A stretch of 64,000 bases of DNA from an uncultured Actinomycetes bacterium (GTDB lineage: Bacteria > Actinomycetota > Thermoleophilia > Gaiellales > F1-60-MAGs149), in the NCBI GenBank assembly GCA_963722525.1, contig CAVRMM010000002.1, positions 452,078 to 516,077 of the forward strand, written 5' to 3'. A program made the translations under genes and the position numbers. Below are positions 60,705 to 64,000 of the stretch, one piece after another; the stretch's first letter is position 1, and each line of letters begins with the position of its first letter. The notes under the pieces are model-generated. The model ran no database searches. It saw only the letters and a program-made list of their open reading frames with translations, and had not been told where the DNA came from.

Positions 60705-61343
60705 ATGCCGTCCGTCCACGCGCTGGCCCTGTTCTCGCTCGCGACGATCGCCCTGCTGATCATCCCGGGCCCCGCCGTGCTGTTCATCGTCACGCGGTCG
60801 GTCGACCAGGGACGCTCGGCCGGACTGGTCTCGGTGGCCGGCATCCACTGCGGCACCATCCTCCACGTGCTGGCCGCCGCGTTCGGTATCTCCGCCGTGC
60901 TGGCGGCCTCGCAGACGGCATTCGACGCCATGCGCTACGCCGGCGCCGCGTACCTGATCGTCCTCGGCATCCGCGCGCTGCTGCGGCCGGCTGACAATCC
61001 CGCCGCCACCCCGGAGCGGGCGCCGCTGGGCCGGATCTTCGGGCAGGCCATGATCGTCAACGTCCTGAACCCGAAGACGGCGCTCTTCATTGTCGCCTTC
61101 CTGCCGCAGTTCATCGATCCGGCCCGCGGGTCGGCGACCCTGCAGATCCTCGTGCTCGGCGCGGTCTTCATCCTGCTCGGCCTGGCGTCCGACACCGTCT
61201 ACGCCCTCGGCGCCGCCCGGGCCGGAGCCCGGCTGCGCGCCTGGCGGCGGTTCGGCTCCGTCCAGCGGTACGCGTCGGGCGCGGTCTACATCGGCCTCGG
61301 CCTCGCGGCCGCCCTCACCGGCTCGCGCCCGCGCCGGTCGTAG
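60705..61343 (+). CDS. LysE family amino-acid exporter
   Basis: ORF 60705..61343 has IIPGPAVLFIV, the NPKTALF motif, and five to six TM segments. Confidence 0.85.
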   Translation: MPSVHALALFSLATIALLIIPGPAVLFIVTRSVDQGRSAGLVSVAGIHCGTILHVLAAAFGISAVLAASQTAFDAMRYAGAAYLIVLGIRALLRPADNPAATPERAPLGRIFGQAMIVNVLNPKTALFIVAFLPQFIDPARGSATLQILVLGAVFILLGLASDTVYALGAARAGARLRAWRRFGSVQRYASGAVYIGLGLAAALTGSRPRRS

Positions 61344-61403
61344 AGGGGGTGCCGCCGCCCCCGCCGGGTCCGGCGGAGGCGGCAGCCTTGGAGGGGGTGG
61401 TGC

Positions 61404-61949
61404 CTACTTGCGCCGCTCGATGGTGAGCGGGTTCGTGAAGGCCTCGATGCGGCGCTTCCCGAGGTGGATGCGGTCCGGGTTCATCAGCGCGGCATTGGCG
61501 GACAGCGTGAACGTCAGGCTGGCCGAGCAGTGGGCGTTGATGTCGATGCCGTCGTAGCCGCCGTAGTTGTTGAACAGGAACGACACCGTCGTCTTGTCGG
61601 CCGAGACCGAGAACACGTCGCCGTGCTTCTTCTCGAGCTTGAACGCGCGGACGCTCAGCGGCTTGCCGTCGTTGGACTTGATCGTGCCCGTGAAGGTGAG
61701 CTTGGTCGAGCCATGGTGCCGCGCCCGCAGGTGCCAGCCGTTGCGGTTGTGCCAGATCCAGGCGTCGCCGGCGCGGGTCGGCCGCAGCGCCCGGCTCGTC
61801 ATGCCGTTCACCGACGACGGGACGTGCCCGGCGGCGCAGCCCTTGCCGGTCTCCTCGGGCGCCGGCGCCTTGGCCGATGCGGCGGGTGCCGCGGCGGCCG
61901 TCAGGGCGACTGCCCCTGCGATCGCGATCATGGAACGCTTCATGTTCAT
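61404..61949 (-). CDS. Secreted hypothetical protein
   Basis: This is ORF 61404..62069 from MNMKRSMIAIAGAVALTAAAAPAASA (signal peptide). GGGAG lies upstream. No family was recognised. Confidence 0.55.
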   Translation of the reverse strand: MNMKRSMIAIAGAVALTAAAAPAASAKAPAPEETGKGCAAGHVPSSVNGMTSRALRPTRAGDAWIWHNRNGWHLRARHHGSTKLTFTGTIKSNDGKPLSVRAFKLEKKHGDVFSVSADKTTVSFLFNNYGGYDGIDINAHCSASLTFTLSANAALMNPDRIHLGKRRIEAFTNPLTIERRK

Positions 61950-62154
61950 CTCCCGCTGTCGTGTCGGTTGCGTCCGACATCTCGACCGTAAGGGCGGGTT
62001 GTAAGCGGCGATGGCGCCATCTGTAAGCGATCGGTGAGGACGCGGTAGGGAATTCGCGTCAGATCGCACCCCGACCGGAACGGGTTTATCTCAGGGATAC
62101 GTTCCACTGATGTCACTGCCCGCTGCGCGTAGACTCTCGCGCGTGACCGAACGC

Positions 62155-63097
62155 ATGAACCTGCCCTTCACGGGAATCGCCACCTTCGCGAAGGTGCCGT
62201 ACGCGCCCGACCTCGCGACCCTCGACGCCGACGTCGCCATCATCGGCGCCCCGTACGACCTCGGCACGCAGGTGCGCTCGGGCACCCGCCTCGGCCCCCG
62301 CGGCATCCGCAACGCCTCGACCATCTACGGCATGCGCACGACGCGCTACTACGACGCCGAGTTCGACGAGATCTACCTCGACGGCGTCCGCGATCGTCGA
62401 CTGCGGCGACGTCGACATGCTGCACGGCGACCCGCGCACCTGCCTCGACAACATCCAGGAGGCGATCGGCGCCATCCTCGCCCGCGGCGCGCTGCCGGTC
62501 ACGCTCGGCGGCGATCATGCCGTCCCGATCCCGATCCTGCGCGCCTACGGCGACGCCGGCATCGACGGCATCTGCATCGTGCAGATCGACGCGCACCTCG
62601 ACTTCGTCGACGACCGCCTCGGCGTGCGCGAGGGCCACGGCAACGTGATGCGCCGCATCGCCGAGATGCCGCACACGACGGGCCTCGCGCAGATCGGCAT
62701 CCGGGGCCCGGGCTCGTCCGACCCGTCCGACTTCGTGGACGCCCGCGCGGCCGGCAGCGTCATCATCGGCCCACGGCGCTTCCGCGAGCTGGGCGTCGCC
62801 GGCGTGCTCGCGCAGATCCCGCGCGCGGAACGCTACTACGTGACCATCGACTGCGACGGGTTCGACCCGGCGCTGATGCCGGGCAACGGCTCGCCCTCGC
62901 CGGGCGGCCTCACGTACCACGAGGGCGTCGACCTGCTGCGCGGCATCGCCGAGCTGGGCGACGTCGTCGGCTTCGACTTCGTCGAGGTCGCGCCGATGTA
63001 CGACCCGACCGAGATCACGCAGCAGACGGCGGCGCGGATCGTGCTCGACTTCCTCGGGGCGATCTTCAAGGCGCGCGAACGGCGCGCCGCGGGCTAG
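62155..63097 (+). pseudogene. Agmatinase/arginase (ureohydrolase) family protein; one frame break (likely artefact)
   Basis: ORF 62110.. gives FAKVPY...DVAIIGAPYDLGT..R.G.R.GP..IR. After an extra base near 62388 it continues in ORF 62417..63097 with GGDHAV, QIDAHLD, DCDGFDP and SPGGLT (Mn-binding motifs). Confidence 0.85.
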
Positions 63098-63678
63098 GCG
63101 ATCCGGCGCTCGAGCCGGTCGCGCACGGCGGGCCACTCCTCGACGAGGATCGAGTACATCGCCGTGTCGCGCAGCAGCTCCGGCTCCTCCATGCGGCGGC
63201 CCCAGTAGCGGAGGATGCCCTCGAACTGCCCGCCGACGCCCAGGATCGCGCGGCGCGACCGCTCGTTGCGCGCGTCGCATTTCAGCGTCACCCGCTGCGC
63301 GCCCAGGTCGTCGAACGCGTAGGACAGCAGCAGCAGCTTCGCGGCCGGGTTGACCTTCGTGCCCTGCCACGGCCCGCCGTACCACGTGTGGCCGATCTCG
63401 ATCCGGTTGTCCGGCAGCGCCATCTCGAGGAAGCTCGAGCCGCCCGCCACGGTGTCGCCCTCGAAGACGGTGAACGGCAGCCGGCCGCCGCCGGCCCGCT
63501 CGGCCAGGGCCTGGTCGGTCCACTCGTCGGCACCGCCCCGCATCGAACCGGGCCCGGAGACGTCGAACGCCGAGCGGTCGACGTTGGTCGCGGCACGGAT
63601 GCCGTCGCGATGGCTCTCGGTGATCGGCTCCAGCCGGAGGCCGTGACCTTCGAGGACGATCGGCTCGGGGGCCTTCAT
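63094..63678 (-). CDS. GNAT family N-acetyltransferase (RimJ/RimL-like)
   Basis: ORF 63094..63678 has LRLEPITESH, IEIGHTWYG and AQRVTLKCDARNERSRRAILGVG. Confidence 0.8.
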   Translation of the reverse strand: MKAPEPIVLEGHGLRLEPITESHRDGIRAATNVDRSAFDVSGPGSMRGGADEWTDQALAERAGGGRLPFTVFEGDTVAGGSSFLEMALPDNRIEIGHTWYGGPWQGTKVNPAAKLLLLSYAFDDLGAQRVTLKCDARNERSRRAILGVGGQFEGILRYWGRRMEEPELLRDTAMYSILVEEWPAVRDRLERRIA

Positions 63679-63760
63679 GTGACGCTCCGGAGGCAGGGTG
63701 GAAAAGGCACGGAGCGGAATCTACCTGCCCTCAGGAGCGTTTGATACGTTGGACGCGGTC

Positions 63761-64000
63761 ATGCCGATCCCCTTACCGACCCACACGCTGGTCCTCAACG
63801 CCTCGCACGAGCCCCTCTCGGTGGTCCCGTTACGGCGGGCGTTCACCCTGGTCGAGGCCGGTAAGGCCGATCTGATCGAGTCGGCGGGCCTGCTGCGCTC
63901 GCCGTCCCGCACCTTCGATGCCCCCGCCGTCGTGCGGCTCTCCCGCTACGTCCACGTGCCGTACCGGCGCTCCACGCACGCGGTGCGCCGAGTCGTGCTG
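63761..64000 (+). CDS. HNH-endonuclease-family protein (actinobacterial type); 3'-partial at the window edge
   Basis: My own translation from ATG 63761 is MPIPLPTHTLVLNASHEPLSVVPLRRAFTLVEAGKADLIES...VVRLSRYVHVPY. This N-terminal pattern (LVLNASYEPL...RRA..LV...KA) precedes the HNH motif in that family. The HNH motif itself lies beyond the window. Confidence 0.55.
   Translation, partial: MPIPLPTHTLVLNASHEPLSVVPLRRAFTLVEAGKADLIESAGLLRSPSRTFDAPAVVRLSRYVHVPYRRSTHAVRRVVL

Overview
This is a very GC-rich chromosomal segment of an actinobacterium (GC judged by eye, not computed). The 16S sequence looks Thermoleophilia/Solirubrobacterales-like to me, but that is unverified. All protein calls come from reading the supplied ORF translations and recognising family motifs; no database search was run.

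Contents, in order:
- gatB (5'-partial), a class V aminotransferase and serA.
- A DegT-type aminotransferase, a RemA-like protein, a DNA glycosylase, a class A PBP with PASTA repeats, and tyrS.
- One complete rrn operon (16S-23S-5S, no tRNA in the spacer).
- An SDR, then cimA, a dgt-like gene, dnaG and rpoD, then tRNA-Asn.
- The cbtB-cbtA cobalt transporter.
- A glutamine-synthetase-like gene, a TrmH methyltransferase, RidA, an Asp/Glu-racemase-type isomerase and a CYTH protein.
- A tightly coupled 8-gene GntR-controlled operon: LLM monooxygenase, two PF06684 'amino acid synthesis' paralogues, alpha/beta hydrolase, aldehyde dehydrogenase, crotonase and an ADP-forming acyl-CoA synthetase, with a divergent flavin reductase.
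- An AMP-forming acyl-CoA synthetase, a MerR-like gene, a CAU-anticodon tRNA, hemA and a PrsA-like PPIase.
- A sugar-acid/ABC-transporter cluster: RraA-like aldolase, Zn-ADH, two permeases, a double ATPase, a binding protein, an epimerase-like protein, an enolase-superfamily dehydratase, UxuA and an SDR.
- A DUF4342 pair, LysE, an agmatinase-family gene, a GNAT and a partial HNH protein.

I saw no transposase, integrase, CRISPR array or recognisable defence system.

Two things dominate. First, there are about twenty reading-frame breaks. Every one is a +1 single-base insertion and many fall in essential genes, so this is most likely an insertion-biased sequencing or assembly artefact. Second, several features are not explained by the gene calls:
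- the GntR/LLM/PF06684 operon with a perfect operator palindrome;
- twin 31-nt palindromes at about 60.0 kb;
- tandem A/T-rich 9-10-mers upstream of hemA;
- an AT-rich island at 43.2 kb;
- a duplicated 13-nt palindrome at 6.6 kb.
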